64,000 bases of DNA, taken from NCBI GenBank assembly GCA_016182235.1, contig JACOXT010000003.1:451488-515487 (forward strand), read 5' to 3'. This document shows positions 9,774 through 20,269 of the stretch, in pieces. Position numbers and translations under genes: made by a program. Position 1 is the stretch's first letter; each line of letters begins with the position of its first letter. The notes under the pieces are model-generated. The model searched no databases. It was given only the letters and a program-made list of their open reading frames with translations, and was not told the origin of the DNA. Source of the DNA: Candidatus Levyibacteriota bacterium. GTDB lineage: Bacteria; Patescibacteriota; Microgenomatia; Levybacterales; UBA12049.

Positions 9774-10987
9774 ATATTCTTCTTATCTCGTCATTTCTTC
9801 CTTATCCTCTGTTTACCGGAGGACATATTCGCTTATTTAATTTAATAAAGCTCTTATCAAAAAAACACTCAATAACACTGGTATGTGAAAAAAGAGAATC
9901 GCAAAAGCAAAATGATGTTAGAGAGTTAGAGAAATATTGCAAGATTGTTAGAGTGATTCCTCGAAGAAAGCAATGGTCAATGGGTAATATTTTAAAAACA
10001 GGTTTTTCAATTTCCCCATTTTTAGTAACTGGACACACGAGTAGACTTATGAAAGAGGAAATAAAGAGTCTAATTAGCCAAACTCAATTTGATTTGATTC
10101 ATATAGAAACATCTTATGTGATGCAAAATCTGCGCTCCGGTAAGCTAGGTATTCCTATTGTTTTAGTTGAGCATAATATAGAGTATCTGGTCTATAAACG
10201 ATTTGTTGACAATATGCCTTTATATCTTCGGCCGATTTTGTATTTAGATATATTGAAGCTAAAATACTGGGAGGAAAGGATGTGGAGAAAAGCAACTAAA
10301 TTAATAGCTGTATCAGAGTCTGAAAAGAAAATAATGAGTTTAGAAAAAAAGGACGTGGTAGTGGTGCCAAATGGAGTAGATGTTAATAAATATCAAATAT
10401 CATCCATTCGACAAGCTCAGGATAAAAATAGAAAAGAAGAGAAAAGAGTTCTTTTTATTGGAGACTTTAGATGGATTCAAAACAGAGATGCTCTTACACA
10501 AATTATTTTAGACATTTGGCCAAAACTTAGAGCAGAAGTTATACCTTCATTAACAGAGGGATTAAAACTTTGGGTTGTTGGGAGAAAAATACCAGACTCA
10601 ATAAAGAAATTAACAAGAGACAAAAGTATTTTTTTTGATGAAAATGCGCCCGCCGATACACAGCTTATTTATAAAAATGCTTATCTTTTACTTGCTCCAA
10701 TTAACGTTGGGGGAGGAACAAGTTTTAAGATCTTAGAAGCTATGGCTTCAGGCGTTCCTGTAATAACAACGCGTTTGGGAAACGCTATCGGGGCACAGGA
10801 TAACTTAGAGATTCTTGTTGCTCATTCCCCAAAAGACTTTGTGCAGAGAATTATTGAACTATTCGAGAATAAAGCTCTTTATAGTAAAATTTCTACAAAT
10901 GCGCGAAAACTCGTGGAAGAAAAGTTTAATTGGGATAAGATTGCAAACGATTTAAATTCTGTCTACGAATCTGTAGTATATGCTTGA
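9770..10987 (+). CDS. GT4 glycosyltransferase
   Basis: MNILLISSFLPYPLFTGG, VVPNGVD, GGGTSFKILEAMASGVP; ATG 9770 preferred to GTG 9752, which lies inside the repeat. Confidence 0.92.
   Translation: MNILLISSFLPYPLFTGGHIRLFNLIKLLSKKHSITLVCEKRESQKQNDVRELEKYCKIVRVIPRRKQWSMGNILKTGFSISPFLVTGHTSRLMKEEIKSLISQTQFDLIHIETSYVMQNLRSGKLGIPIVLVEHNIEYLVYKRFVDNMPLYLRPILYLDILKLKYWEERMWRKATKLIAVSESEKKIMSLEKKDVVVVPNGVDVNKYQISSIRQAQDKNRKEEKRVLFIGDFRWIQNRDALTQIILDIWPKLRAEVIPSLTEGLKLWVVGRKIPDSIKKLTRDKSIFFDENAPADTQLIYKNAYLLLAPINVGGGTSFKILEAMASGVPVITTRLGNAIGAQDNLEILVAHSPKDFVQRIIELFENKALYSKISTNARKLVEEKFNWDKIANDLNSVYESVVYA
10388..10423. repeat. Heptamer pair plus ttcg..gctca hairpin element in frame
   Basis: aaatatc aaatatc ATCC-attcgacaagctca-GGAT; encodes KYQISSIRQAQD. 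Confidence 0.75.
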
Positions 10988-11879
10988 TTTATCTATTATT
11001 ATCGTTAATTACAACACCAAAGAATTTTTAGAAGGATGTGTTGATTCGCTTCTGAATTCAATTTCAAAGAAAATTAATTATGAAATTGTTGTGGTTGATA
11101 ATGCATCCATTGATGACTCGCCATCGGCAATCTCTCGCCTTCGTCAAGACTTCGGGGGGAAAGTAAATATAAAAACAATTTTAAATAAGGAAAATTTGGG
11201 GTTTTCTAGAGCGAATAATCAAGGAATAAAAATTTCTCAAAACAGCCGATACATATTGTTTTTAAATCCTGATACTCTTGTCAAAAATGACACGGTCGAA
11301 AAAATGATCGAATTTATGGATAAGCATAAAGATGCGGGGGCTGCAACATGTAAAGTCGTTATGCAAAATGGGCAAATAGATGATGCGTCTCATCGCGGAT
11401 TTCCAACGCCTTGGAACGCTTTTTGTCATTTTGTAGGTTTTGAAAAAATATTTCCAAAGTCAAGATTATTTAGCGGATACACTTTAGGGTGGAAAGAATT
11501 TTCAAAAGTACATGAAATAGATGTTTTGGCCGGAGCTTTTATGCTAGTCAGAAGAAAGGCGGGAGAGGATGTTAGCTGGTGGGATGAAGATTATTTTTTC
11601 TATGGAGAAGACATAGAATTTTGCTATCAATTAAAACAAAAAGGATGGAAGATTTATTATGTGCCACAGGCTTCAATAATGCATTTTAAAGGCGTTTCGG
11701 GAGGAATAAAATCAGTTTCCAAAGATATTACAACAGCAAATCCAGAAACAAAAAGAATAGCAACAAACGCACGATTTAACGCTATGCGTATTTTTTATAA
11801 CAAGCACTACAAAAAAAAGTATCCACAGGTTGTTAACTGGTTAGTACATCTTGGAATTTCAATAAAAGAACATTTATGA
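10980..11879 (+). CDS. GT2 glycosyltransferase (WbbL-like)
   Basis: LSIIIVNYN, VVDNAS, NLGFSRANN, FLNPDT, FFYGEDIEFC. Confidence 0.93.
   Translation: MLDLSIIIVNYNTKEFLEGCVDSLLNSISKKINYEIVVVDNASIDDSPSAISRLRQDFGGKVNIKTILNKENLGFSRANNQGIKISQNSRYILFLNPDTLVKNDTVEKMIEFMDKHKDAGAATCKVVMQNGQIDDASHRGFPTPWNAFCHFVGFEKIFPKSRLFSGYTLGWKEFSKVHEIDVLAGAFMLVRRKAGEDVSWWDEDYFFYGEDIEFCYQLKQKGWKIYYVPQASIMHFKGVSGGIKSVSKDITTANPETKRIATNARFNAMRIFYNKHYKKKYPQVVNWLVHLGISIKEHL
11134..11163. repeat. 30-bp palindromic micro-element in frame
   Basis: ctcgccttcgtcaagacttcggggggaaag; encodes (S)RLRQDFGGK; same family as 1940-2002. Confidence 0.75.
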
Positions 11880-13033
11880 AAATTGGTATTGACGCAAGAC
11901 TTTGGAACGAAGGAGGGGTAGGAAGATACATAAGAAATCTAATTAAGCAAATTCAGCCTTTAGATAAAAGTAATCTTTATACTTTGTTTGTTTTGTCTAA
12001 AGACTATGAAAGTATTAAGTACGAAGTATCAAGTATTAAGGAGGAAAATTGGGAACTTATAAAGACAAATATTCGGTGGCATTCGATTGAGGAGCAGTTA
12101 AAGTTTGCTAACATTTTAAACAAAGAAGAATTAGATTTGGTGCATTTTCCCTATATTTCGGTGCCGTTGAATTATCAAAAGCCATTTATCATTACAATAC
12201 ACGATTTAATTCCATATCATTATCCTTCTTCAAATGCTTCCGCTCTCCCTTTCCCTATTTACTTCTTAAAATTATTGGCATATAAATTTGTGGTGAGAGC
12301 CGCAGCAAGAAAAGCGCAAAAAATTATCGCGCCCTCAAATTTTACAAAAAAGGAAATTGTAGAACATCTAAAAATTGATCCAAGAAAAGTAATAGTAACT
12401 TACGAAGGAGTAAATAGTAAAATTACAAATTCAAAATCTCAAATTCCAAAAAAATCCCAAAATACTAAATACAAAATACTAAATACAAAATACTTTTTAT
12501 ATGTAGGAAACGCGTTTCCGCATAAGAATCTTGAGGTATTGATAGAAGCTTTCAATCTTTTCCGTCAAGAGCATCCTGGTATTTTTCTTGTCTTTGTCGG
12601 CAAGGAGGATTTCTTCTACAGTCGATTAAAAAATGAGGTTTACAAGCGTAAAATTTCAGACGTAGTTTTTTTACATAATATAATTGATGGGCAATTAGTA
12701 AGTTTGTACAGAAGCGCAATTGCATTTGTTTCACCTTCTCTTATGGAAGGATTTGGTCTGCCGGTTCTTGAGGCAATGGTAAATAGATGTTTGGTTTTGG
12801 CATCGGATATTCCAACACATCGAGAAATTTGTGGCAAGGTTGCCTTATACTTTGATCCTAATAATGTTGGGGATCTAACTCAAAAACTAGAATCCATTCA
12901 CTCTAATGATATGTATTATTATAGTGAAAAAAAAAGGGGGTTTGATCGAGCGAAAGTGTTCTCTTGGGAAAAGATGGCAAGAGAAACTTTAAAAATATAT
13001 GAAAGTTGCGTTGGTTTACGACAGAGTGAATAA
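11876..13033 (+). CDS. GT4 glycosyltransferase
   Basis: MKIGIDAR..GGVGRY, ITIHDL, YVGNAFPHKN, PSLMEGFGLPVLEAM. Confidence 0.95.
   Translation: MKIGIDARLWNEGGVGRYIRNLIKQIQPLDKSNLYTLFVLSKDYESIKYEVSSIKEENWELIKTNIRWHSIEEQLKFANILNKEELDLVHFPYISVPLNYQKPFIITIHDLIPYHYPSSNASALPFPIYFLKLLAYKFVVRAAARKAQKIIAPSNFTKKEIVEHLKIDPRKVIVTYEGVNSKITNSKSQIPKKSQNTKYKILNTKYFLYVGNAFPHKNLEVLIEAFNLFRQEHPGIFLVFVGKEDFFYSRLKNEVYKRKISDVVFLHNIIDGQLVSLYRSAIAFVSPSLMEGFGLPVLEAMVNRCLVLASDIPTHREICGKVALYFDPNNVGDLTQKLESIHSNDMYYYSEKKRGFDRAKVFSWEKMARETLKIYESCVGLRQSE
12010..12040. repeat. Heptamer tandem repeat (aagtaYN x4) in CDS
   Basis: aagtatt aagtacg aagtatc aagtatt aag. Confidence 0.75.
12412..12494. repeat. Long degenerate heptamer array in CDS
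   Basis: aaattac aaattca aaatctc aaattcc ... aaatact aaataca aaatact aaataca aaatact; encodes NSKITNSKSQIPKKSQNTKYKILNTKY. Confidence 0.85.
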
Positions 13034-14099
13034 GTGGGGAGGGGCGGAAAGAGTTTTGCTTGTACTTCATAGGATATTTCCAGATGCGCCGCTTTACACT
13101 TCGGTTTACGATAAAATAAATGCTCCATGGGCGAAAATTTTTGATGTTAAGACATCGTTTTTAGAGAATTTTCCATTTGCTACCCGCCACGAGCTGTACG
13201 CAACCCTGATGCCTCTTGCATTTGAAAGCTTTTCTTTTGATGACTATGACTTAGTCATTTCTGTTACTAGCGAGGCTGCGAAGGGAATAATTACAAAACC
13301 CAAAACAAAGCATATTTGTTATTGCTTGACTCCAACTCGATATCTATGGAGTGGTTATGAGGATTATTTTAGTAATCGATATTTTCGCTTCATATCAAAG
13401 CCAATAGTTTCATATTTAAGAACTTGGGATAGAATTGCAGCTCAAAGACCAGATGGATATATTGCCATTTCGAATGAGGTTAAAAATAGAATTAAGAGAT
13501 ATTACAATCGAGAATCAGAAGTAGTTTATCCCCCTTTGAGTGAAACTTTCAGTCAACTAGCGTCTAGCGCTCAGTTAAAAAATAAGAAATTAAACGCTGA
13601 ACGCTCGTATTTTTTGATTGTTTCGCGGCTTGTTCCTTATAAAAGAATTGATATTGCAATAAATGCATTTAATAGTCTTAAATTACCCTTAAGAATTGTT
13701 GGAGTAGGCTCGGAAATGGGAAGATTGAAAAGTATGGCGGGGCCATCGATTGAATTCCTTGGTAACTTGACTGATGATGAGTTAGTAGGATATTATAGGG
13801 GTTGTCGCGCTCTCATCTTCCCGGGTCTTGAGGACTTTGGGTTAACAATAGTTGAGGCGCAAAGTTTTGGGAAACCAGCCATAGCGTTTCGAGGAGGAGG
13901 AGCGCTTGAGACAATTATTGAAAGGAAAACAGGAATATTTTTTGATGAGCAAAATCCTGAAAGCTTAATTAATGCAATTAAACAATTTAGGAATACAACA
14001 ATTAATTCAGAGGACTGTCTTAGTCAAGCGCGAAGGTTTAGCTTTGATTCATTTAAAAAATCTTTTATGAGTACGTTAGGAACTAATACCCTGAAATAA
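12999..14099 (+). CDS. GT4 mannosyltransferase (WbaZ-like)
   Basis: MKVALVYD..WGGAERV, CYCLTPTRYLW, SRLVPYKRID, EDFGLTIVEAQ. Confidence 0.92.
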   Translation: MKVALVYDRVNKWGGAERVLLVLHRIFPDAPLYTSVYDKINAPWAKIFDVKTSFLENFPFATRHELYATLMPLAFESFSFDDYDLVISVTSEAAKGIITKPKTKHICYCLTPTRYLWSGYEDYFSNRYFRFISKPIVSYLRTWDRIAAQRPDGYIAISNEVKNRIKRYYNRESEVVYPPLSETFSQLASSAQLKNKKLNAERSYFLIVSRLVPYKRIDIAINAFNSLKLPLRIVGVGSEMGRLKSMAGPSIEFLGNLTDDELVGYYRGCRALIFPGLEDFGLTIVEAQSFGKPAIAFRGGGALETIIERKTGIFFDEQNPESLINAIKQFRNTTINSEDCLSQARRFSFDSFKKSFMSTLGTNTLK

Positions 14100-14113
14100 A
14101 TTCAGGATGACAA
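14089..14113. repeat. Half copy of RPE-like hairpin element, supplying the stop codon of the GT4 gene
   Basis: ccctgaaataaattcaggatgacaa resembles the right arm of 31197-31254; TAA 14097-14099 lies in the loop. Confidence 0.7.
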
Positions 14114-14122
14114 TTTTAGTAT

Positions 14123-15205
14123 ATGAAGTTTATAATTTTCGCAGGAGGAGTTGGCACAAGGCTTTGGCCTCTTTCTCGAAAAAATAGTCCAAAACAATTT
14201 GAAAAAATTCTTGGCGACAAGTCCACACTTCAACTGGCAGTGGATCGGCTTCTTCCCGACTTTAGCGTTTCTGATATCTATATAGCAACGGGCGAAAGAT
14301 ACAAAGATGTTGTAGAAGAGCAGCTTACTTCAATACCGAAAGAAAACTTTATCTTCGAGCCAGAGACTAGGGATGTAGGTCCGGCTGTTGGCATGGCTTT
14401 GTCAATCGTAGGTGAAAAATACCCCAATGTTCCTGTCGCCATTCTTTGGAGTGACCATTTTGTTAAAAAGGAAAGACGATTTCGTGAGGTATTGCATTTT
14501 GCGGAAGACCTAGTTTCAAAAAACAATAATTCCCTTATTCTTATAGGGCAGCGCGCTAGATTTGCTAATCAAAATTTGGGATGGATTGAATTTGGCAACG
14601 AGATTAAAAATATTAGAGGAACAAAAGTTTTTGAGTTTAAGAAGCTGATTTATAGACCGAGTCTTGTTGAGGCAGAGGAGTTTTTAAAAAAAGAAAGATT
14701 TTCCTGGAATCCGGGATATTTTGTCACAACGCCTAAATTTTTATTGTCGCAGTTTGAAAAGTTTGCTCCTAATTTATGGAAAAGTCTTTTAAAAATACAA
14801 AATTCGATTGGCAAAAAAGATTTTGTCGAAGTTATGAATAAGGTGTATCCGACACTTGACAAAATAAGTTTTGATAACGCAATCTTGGAAAAAATAGACC
14901 CAAAATACGTATTTGTCATAGCATCAGATCTTGGCTGGAGCGATGTTGGAGCATGGGAAGCATTAAAAGAAGCTCTAGAGGTATCTTCGGAACAAAACGT
15001 AACAAAGGGGAAAGTGTTAATAAACGATTCGTTAGACAATCTTGTTTTTAACTATACTGATCAGCTGGTTGTAGGAATTGATTTAGAAAAAATGATCGTT
15101 ATCAACACCGACGATGTCTTATTAGTTTGTCATAAAAACTCCGTCCCCAAAATTAAGAAACTCGTTGAAGGTTTACAAAATACTCCCAACGTCCATCTCA
15201 CTTAA
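14123..15205 (+). CDS. manC: Mannose-1-phosphate guanylyltransferase
   Basis: FAGGVGTRLWPLSRKNSPKQF, EPETRDVGPA, WSDH, ISFDNAILEK, GWSDVGAW. Confidence 0.9.
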   Translation: MKFIIFAGGVGTRLWPLSRKNSPKQFEKILGDKSTLQLAVDRLLPDFSVSDIYIATGERYKDVVEEQLTSIPKENFIFEPETRDVGPAVGMALSIVGEKYPNVPVAILWSDHFVKKERRFREVLHFAEDLVSKNNNSLILIGQRARFANQNLGWIEFGNEIKNIRGTKVFEFKKLIYRPSLVEAEEFLKKERFSWNPGYFVTTPKFLLSQFEKFAPNLWKSLLKIQNSIGKKDFVEVMNKVYPTLDKISFDNAILEKIDPKYVFVIASDLGWSDVGAWEALKEALEVSSEQNVTKGKVLINDSLDNLVFNYTDQLVVGIDLEKMIVINTDDVLLVCHKNSVPKIKKLVEGLQNTPNVHLT

Positions 15206-15206
15206 T

Positions 15207-15881
15207 ATGCCAAGTACTGAAGTGACAGAGATTAAAAAAAGTACGTCTTACCTTGTTGTCAAAAGAGCTATGGATATTTTTTTCTCAATTCTTTTGATTA
15301 TTCTATTTGCGCCTGTTATCATAATAATAGCAATAGCTATAAAGCTTGACTCCAAAGGGCCTATTCTGGCGGATACACCAAACCGTGTTGGTAAAAATGG
15401 CAAACTTTTCAAGATGTATAAATTCCGTTCTATGATTGACAATGCCCATGAGATGTTACGCGATAACCCTAAGTATTCAAATCTTTATAGCATTTATAAA
15501 AAAGGTAGTTATAAATTAAAAGACGACCCTAGAATCACCAAAATTGGGCACTTTTTACGTAAACATTCCTTAGATGAGATTCCTCAAGCTTTGAATATCT
15601 TAAAAGGAGAAATGAGCTTGGTTGGTCCCAGAGCTTACTATCCGGATGAATTACAGGAACAGCAAAAAAAATATCCTTATACTATAGATTCTGTTAAAAT
15701 TGTGTTATCTGTGAAACCGGGGGTGACTGGATACTGGCAAGTTTCAGGCCGTAGTGAAATAAATTTTGACAAACGAATACAAATGGATGCTATGTATGTG
15801 AAGAAAAGGTCAATTCTATATGATCTTTGGATTATTGCAAAAACTCCCTTCGCCATGATCACGGGGGTTGGTGCGTTATAA
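15207..15881 (+). CDS. Undecaprenyl-phosphate sugar phosphotransferase (WbaP/WcaJ family)
   Basis: KRAMDI, FKMYKFRSM, DPRITKIGHFLRKHSLDEIPQ, GEMSLVGPR, KPGVTGYWQVSGR. Confidence 0.95.
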   Translation: MPSTEVTEIKKSTSYLVVKRAMDIFFSILLIILFAPVIIIIAIAIKLDSKGPILADTPNRVGKNGKLFKMYKFRSMIDNAHEMLRDNPKYSNLYSIYKKGSYKLKDDPRITKIGHFLRKHSLDEIPQALNILKGEMSLVGPRAYYPDELQEQQKKYPYTIDSVKIVLSVKPGVTGYWQVSGRSEINFDKRIQMDAMYVKKRSILYDLWIIAKTPFAMITGVGAL

Positions 15882-15887
15882 TAAGGA

Positions 15888-15917
15888 TTGACAGGGCTTG
15901 TTGACTTTGGTTATAGT
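15888..15917 (+). promoter_or_regulatory. sigma70-type promoter, near-leaderless
   Basis: TTGACA-18 bp-TATAGT, ATG 6 nt downstream. Confidence 0.6.
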
Positions 15918-15923
15918 TAATAT

Positions 15924-17852
15924 ATGGAAGGTTTTAATAAGATTGATTTGGATAAAGTTAGGAAAAAGAAATGGCGTCTTTCTAAAAGAATGTTAGTTAT
16001 TCTTTCCGTTCTGGGGATATTGTTAATAATTTTCTCTTTTATATTAATTCCGCAGGTATCGAAAACCTACAAGGACGCGAAGAGCACTTTTGACCAAGTA
16101 AAAATTACAGTAGATGCTCTAAAAAAGCAGGATATTGAATTAGCATCTAAAGAGCTTGATAAAACAAAAATTGAACTTACCCAAACCCAAAAAGATCTTG
16201 ACTCCATGAGCTATTTCAGATTTGTCCCTCTGATCAACGTTTATTACAATGATTCACAGCATTTGGTAAAGGCAGGTTTTCATGGACTGGAAGCGGCACG
16301 AGTTCTCATAGATTCTATAGAGCCATATGTTGATGTGTTGGGACTAAAAGGTAAAGGAAGCTTTGTCTCAGGAACTGCCTCACAGCGCATAGAGACAGCA
16401 GTTACAACAATGGGGAAAATTACGCCTCATATAGATGACATTGTTAAATATATGGAATTGGCAAGAAAAGAAATTGATTATGTTGACCCCAGTCACTATC
16501 CTTCAATCTTTGGAGGGGATAAGATTAAAAAAGGATTGACTCAGGTAAGACAGATGACAGATCAGGGCGTCACGCTTATTGCTGACGCAAGGCCTTTAAT
16601 CAAGATTCTTCCGAGTCTTTTGGGCGATCCAAAGGAGAAAAGATATTTGGTGTTATTCCAAAACGATAAAGAGCTTCGTCCAACAGGAGGGTTTATTACC
16701 GCTTATGCTATTTTTAGAATAGATAAAGGTGTTATCCATGTAGATAGGTCAGACGACATCTATAACTTAGATAATGGAATAAGTGGAAAACCTACCGCGC
16801 CCGAGCCCATTCTTAAATACCTTCCCAAAGTTCCTGTTCTTAACCTTCGAGACAGTAATCTTTCTCCGGATTTTATAGAATCAATGAAGACATTTAATTC
16901 TTTGTATTCTAAAGCGCGGGGAGCAGTTGATGTCGATGGAATTATTGCTTTGGATACTAGCGTTTTAGTTTCAACAATTAAAATTTTGGACGATGAGGTT
17001 TATGCGGGAGGGATTAAATTCACTACCCAAAAGGATTCCCGCTGTAACTGCCCCCAGGTTATTTACGAACTGGAGCGTCTGATCTCGACTCCTAAAAGTG
17101 TTGATCTTAAAGTAACTACTCTTGCGGCAGTACAAGCTCAACGAAAAGATCTAATCGGGGTACTTTTGTATGCCATTATGGACAAAGCTCTCAAGTCCTC
17201 ACCAAAGCTGTATTGGGGGCCTTTATTCCAAGATATGTTAGCTCAGGTGGAACAAAAACATGTTATGTTTTATGTTTACAATAAGGACGCTCAAGGCGGG
17301 ATCGAAGCATTGAATGCGGCAGGAAAAATAAGACCATACGATGGAGATTACCTTCATATTAATCAAGCTAATTTTGGAGGAGCAAAGTCTAACTTATTTG
17401 TAGAGGAGGCTGTTAATCAGGATTACGAAGTGTCAGGAGATGGGGTCATAACAAAAAAAATCACTATAAATTATAAAAATCCTCATCCTCCGTCAGATTG
17501 CAACCTGGAACGCGGAAATCTTTGTTTAAACGCGGTTTTGAGGGATTGGATCAGAATATATGTACCAAAAGGGAGTAAGCTCCTTGATAGTCAAGGTTCG
17601 GAAGTTAAAATGACTTCTTATGACGAGCTGGATAAGACCGTATTTGAGGGTTTTCTTACGGTAAGGCCTAAGGGAGCTGCTGTTTTTTCTCTTTCTTACT
17701 CATTGCCATTTAAAGCGGCAGACGGAAACCTCCCCTTACTTATTCAAAAGCAACCGGGGACAAACGCGAATGAATACGTTATAAATGTCAAAGGCAAAGA
17801 AGTTAATAAATTCCCGCTCTTAACAGACAAAGAAGTAAGACTTAAAATATGA
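15924..17852 (+). CDS. DUF4012 domain protein (membrane-anchored)
   Basis: N-terminal TM; YLVLFQNDKELRPTGGF, LRDSNLSPDF, NFGGAKSN, IQKQPG. Confidence 0.85.
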   Translation: MEGFNKIDLDKVRKKKWRLSKRMLVILSVLGILLIIFSFILIPQVSKTYKDAKSTFDQVKITVDALKKQDIELASKELDKTKIELTQTQKDLDSMSYFRFVPLINVYYNDSQHLVKAGFHGLEAARVLIDSIEPYVDVLGLKGKGSFVSGTASQRIETAVTTMGKITPHIDDIVKYMELARKEIDYVDPSHYPSIFGGDKIKKGLTQVRQMTDQGVTLIADARPLIKILPSLLGDPKEKRYLVLFQNDKELRPTGGFITAYAIFRIDKGVIHVDRSDDIYNLDNGISGKPTAPEPILKYLPKVPVLNLRDSNLSPDFIESMKTFNSLYSKARGAVDVDGIIALDTSVLVSTIKILDDEVYAGGIKFTTQKDSRCNCPQVIYELERLISTPKSVDLKVTTLAAVQAQRKDLIGVLLYAIMDKALKSSPKLYWGPLFQDMLAQVEQKHVMFYVYNKDAQGGIEALNAAGKIRPYDGDYLHINQANFGGAKSNLFVEEAVNQDYEVSGDGVITKKITINYKNPHPPSDCNLERGNLCLNAVLRDWIRIYVPKGSKLLDSQGSEVKMTSYDELDKTVFEGFLTVRPKGAAVFSLSYSLPFKAADGNLPLLIQKQPGTNANEYVINVKGKEVNKFPLLTDKEVRLKI

Positions 17853-18406
17853 GAAATCATAAAATTGAAGCAATTATTTTAAAAAGACGAAATTTGGGGG
17901 ACGCAGATAAAATATTAACGGTGTTAAGCAAAAACAATGGAAAATTTCAAGTAAAAGCTCCCGGCGTTAGAAAAATCACGAGTCGAAGATCTCCTCATGT
18001 TGAACTCCTCAACTTTTCAGAGCTGACCCTTTATTCGGCCAGAATTTCTTCAAATTTTTTGCCAACCCTTACAGGTGCTCATACGATCGAAGATTTTTCC
18101 AATATTAAGGACGATTTAGGGAAAATCGGTTATGCTTATTATATTTGCGAGCTTACCAATGGTCTTTGTGCTGAGGGTCAGGAAAACAAGGAGGCTTTTT
18201 CTTTGCTTAAGTCTACTCTTTATGAGCTTTGCCGGAATTTTGATTCAAAAAAAGTAGTTAGGTATTTTGAAAGAGAGCTTTTAGGAAGTCTTGGTTTTTG
18301 GAGAGAAGTTAATTTACTAAAAACTTATGACGGCCGGGAAGTTATAGAGAGAATTATAGAAAGAAAATTAAAGACTACAAAAGTAATTCCTCTTTTTACT
18401 TCTTAA
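17849..18406 (+). CDS. recO: DNA repair protein RecO
   Basis: EAIILKRRNLGDADKILTVLS..GK..VKAPGVRKITSR; upstream of GlyRS. Confidence 0.9.
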   Translation: MRNHKIEAIILKRRNLGDADKILTVLSKNNGKFQVKAPGVRKITSRRSPHVELLNFSELTLYSARISSNFLPTLTGAHTIEDFSNIKDDLGKIGYAYYICELTNGLCAEGQENKEAFSLLKSTLYELCRNFDSKKVVRYFERELLGSLGFWREVNLLKTYDGREVIERIIERKLKTTKVIPLFTS

Positions 18407-18833
18407 TTAAAGCAAGAAAAGTTGATAAATCTACTATTAGCAAAAAAAGAAAATAGATAGAATATATAATTGCGGTTGAAGCATTCACTTTCATAAAAGG
18501 AAAAAGAAAAAATAGAAATATAGCAGTAATTAAAAATAACCCTAAAAACGATGAGATCTTTGCGATTGGCCTTATCCTTAAAAATGTAAGACCCAAAGCG
18601 TTAATTGAGATTATTAAAGTGAGAACGACAAGCCCTAAGTGGTAAATTTCAAATGTTATTGGCCATGAAACACTTAAAAAACTTCCCATTGACTCAAGAT
18701 GTGTCGGAAATCTTAAAAACATGAAATTTGGCGGGGGAAAGACGTGGGGAGGGGTAACAAGTACAATTGTAAAAATAAGGATAAAAAGATATAAAAACCT
18801 TAATATATTAATGTTCAATTTTATATAACCCAT
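18396..18833 (-). CDS. Hypothetical membrane protein
   Basis: About four hydrophobic segments; start moved to ATG 18833 to avoid overlapping glyQS. Confidence 0.65.
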   Translation of the reverse strand: MGYIKLNINILRFLYLFILIFTIVLVTPPHVFPPPNFMFLRFPTHLESMGSFLSVSWPITFEIYHLGLVVLTLIISINALGLTFLRIRPIAKISSFLGLFLITAIFLFFLFPFMKVNASTAIIYSIYFLFLLIVDLSTFLALIKK

Positions 18834-18897
18834 ATATGTTTTAAGGATATTATATGGGACTTTTAAAATCAATCGCTTATTGTTATAATTTAAAAAA

Positions 18898-20268
18898 GTG
18901 GAATCTTCTAATCTAATGGATAAAATTGTTGCTCTTTGCAAGAGGCGGGGTTTTATTTATCCCGGAAGCGAAATATACGGAGGGATTACTGGATTTTGGG
19001 ATTACGGACCGCTTGGAGTCGAGCTTAAGAACAATATTAAACGCGAGTGGTGGAAGAGCATAGTCTATGACCGCGACGATGTGGTTGGGATTGATGCCGC
19101 AATAATAATGAACCCCGAAGTTTGGAAAGCATCGGGACACCTGGATGCATTTACGGATCCATTGGTGGAATGCAAGACTTGTCATCATAGATTTAGAATA
19201 GACCATCTACCAGGTGTTTCCCGAGAAGAAAAATATTATAAATTTGATCAATACCCATTTCCTTGTCCAACCGGAGGGCATGAGATTAATCTTGGGATGC
19301 TTAATAAACTCCCCAAAGAAATAAAATCAATAGAGCCGCGCCATTTTAATCTTTTAGTAGAAGCAAAGATTGGCGTGGTTGAAGGAGAAAAGAAAACCGC
19401 TTATCTTCGCGGGGAGATAACGCAGGGTGCGTTTGTGAATTTTGAAAACATTGTAAATTCCTCAAGGGTTAAGATCCCTTTTGGTATCGCGCAAATTGGT
19501 AAAGCGTTTAGAAACGAAATAACTCCCGGTAATTTTACTTTTAGGTCTCGTGAGTTTGAGCAGATGGAGCTTGAATTTCTTGTAAAGCCTGACGATAGGG
19601 AAAGCAACAAGTGGTTTGAATATTGGAGAAAAGAGCGCATGAGGTGGTATTTGGATTTGGGAATGAAAAAAGAAAACTTGCGTTTTCGGATACATGAGGA
19701 GAGCGAAAGAGCGCATTATGCAAGATCAGCTGAAGATATCGAGTATAACGCTCCTTTTGGATGGAGCGAGTTTGAGGGGATTCACCACAGAGGAGATTGG
19801 GATTTATCCCGACATAATCTTAAATACAAAGATGAAAGAGCAAAGGAAGAATTTACTCCTTGGGTGATAGAAACATCTGGTGGAGTTGACCGTTCAACAC
19901 TATTTTTCTTAGTAGATTCATATTATGAAGATGAGAAAAGAGTAGTTTTAAAACTCCATCCCAAACTTGCACCAGTTAAGGTGGCTGTATTTCCTTTGCT
20001 TGCGAATAAATTGCCTCTTGTAAAAATGGCAAAAGATATTTATCATAATCTTAAGGAACAAATTAATGGCATGATTGCGTTTGACGACAGAGGAAACATT
20101 GGAAAGCGTTACTATTCTCAAGACGAAATCGGAACACCATTTTGCGTAACAATAGATTTTCAAAGTATTGAAGACAAAACAGTTACAATTCGCGATCGTG
20201 ATACAATGAAGCAAGAGAGACTTGAAATATCAAAACTTCAAGAATATTTAAAAAAGAAATTATCGTAA
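18898..20268 (+). CDS. glyQS: Glycine--tRNA ligase, alpha2 (eukaryote/archaea-like) type
   Basis: EIYGG..FWDYGPLG, YLRGEITQG, AQIGKAFRNEITPGNFTFRSREFEQME, IGKRYYSQDEIGTP. Confidence 0.97.
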   Translation: MESSNLMDKIVALCKRRGFIYPGSEIYGGITGFWDYGPLGVELKNNIKREWWKSIVYDRDDVVGIDAAIIMNPEVWKASGHLDAFTDPLVECKTCHHRFRIDHLPGVSREEKYYKFDQYPFPCPTGGHEINLGMLNKLPKEIKSIEPRHFNLLVEAKIGVVEGEKKTAYLRGEITQGAFVNFENIVNSSRVKIPFGIAQIGKAFRNEITPGNFTFRSREFEQMELEFLVKPDDRESNKWFEYWRKERMRWYLDLGMKKENLRFRIHEESERAHYARSAEDIEYNAPFGWSEFEGIHHRGDWDLSRHNLKYKDERAKEEFTPWVIETSGGVDRSTLFFLVDSYYEDEKRVVLKLHPKLAPVKVAVFPLLANKLPLVKMAKDIYHNLKEQINGMIAFDDRGNIGKRYYSQDEIGTPFCVTIDFQSIEDKTVTIRDRDTMKQERLEISKLQEYLKKKLS

Positions 20269-20269
20269 G

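Noticed and set aside
10538-10563. VIPSLTEG in the GT4 as a decayed hairpin element
   Set aside because: Too degenerate to assign to a family from sequence alone
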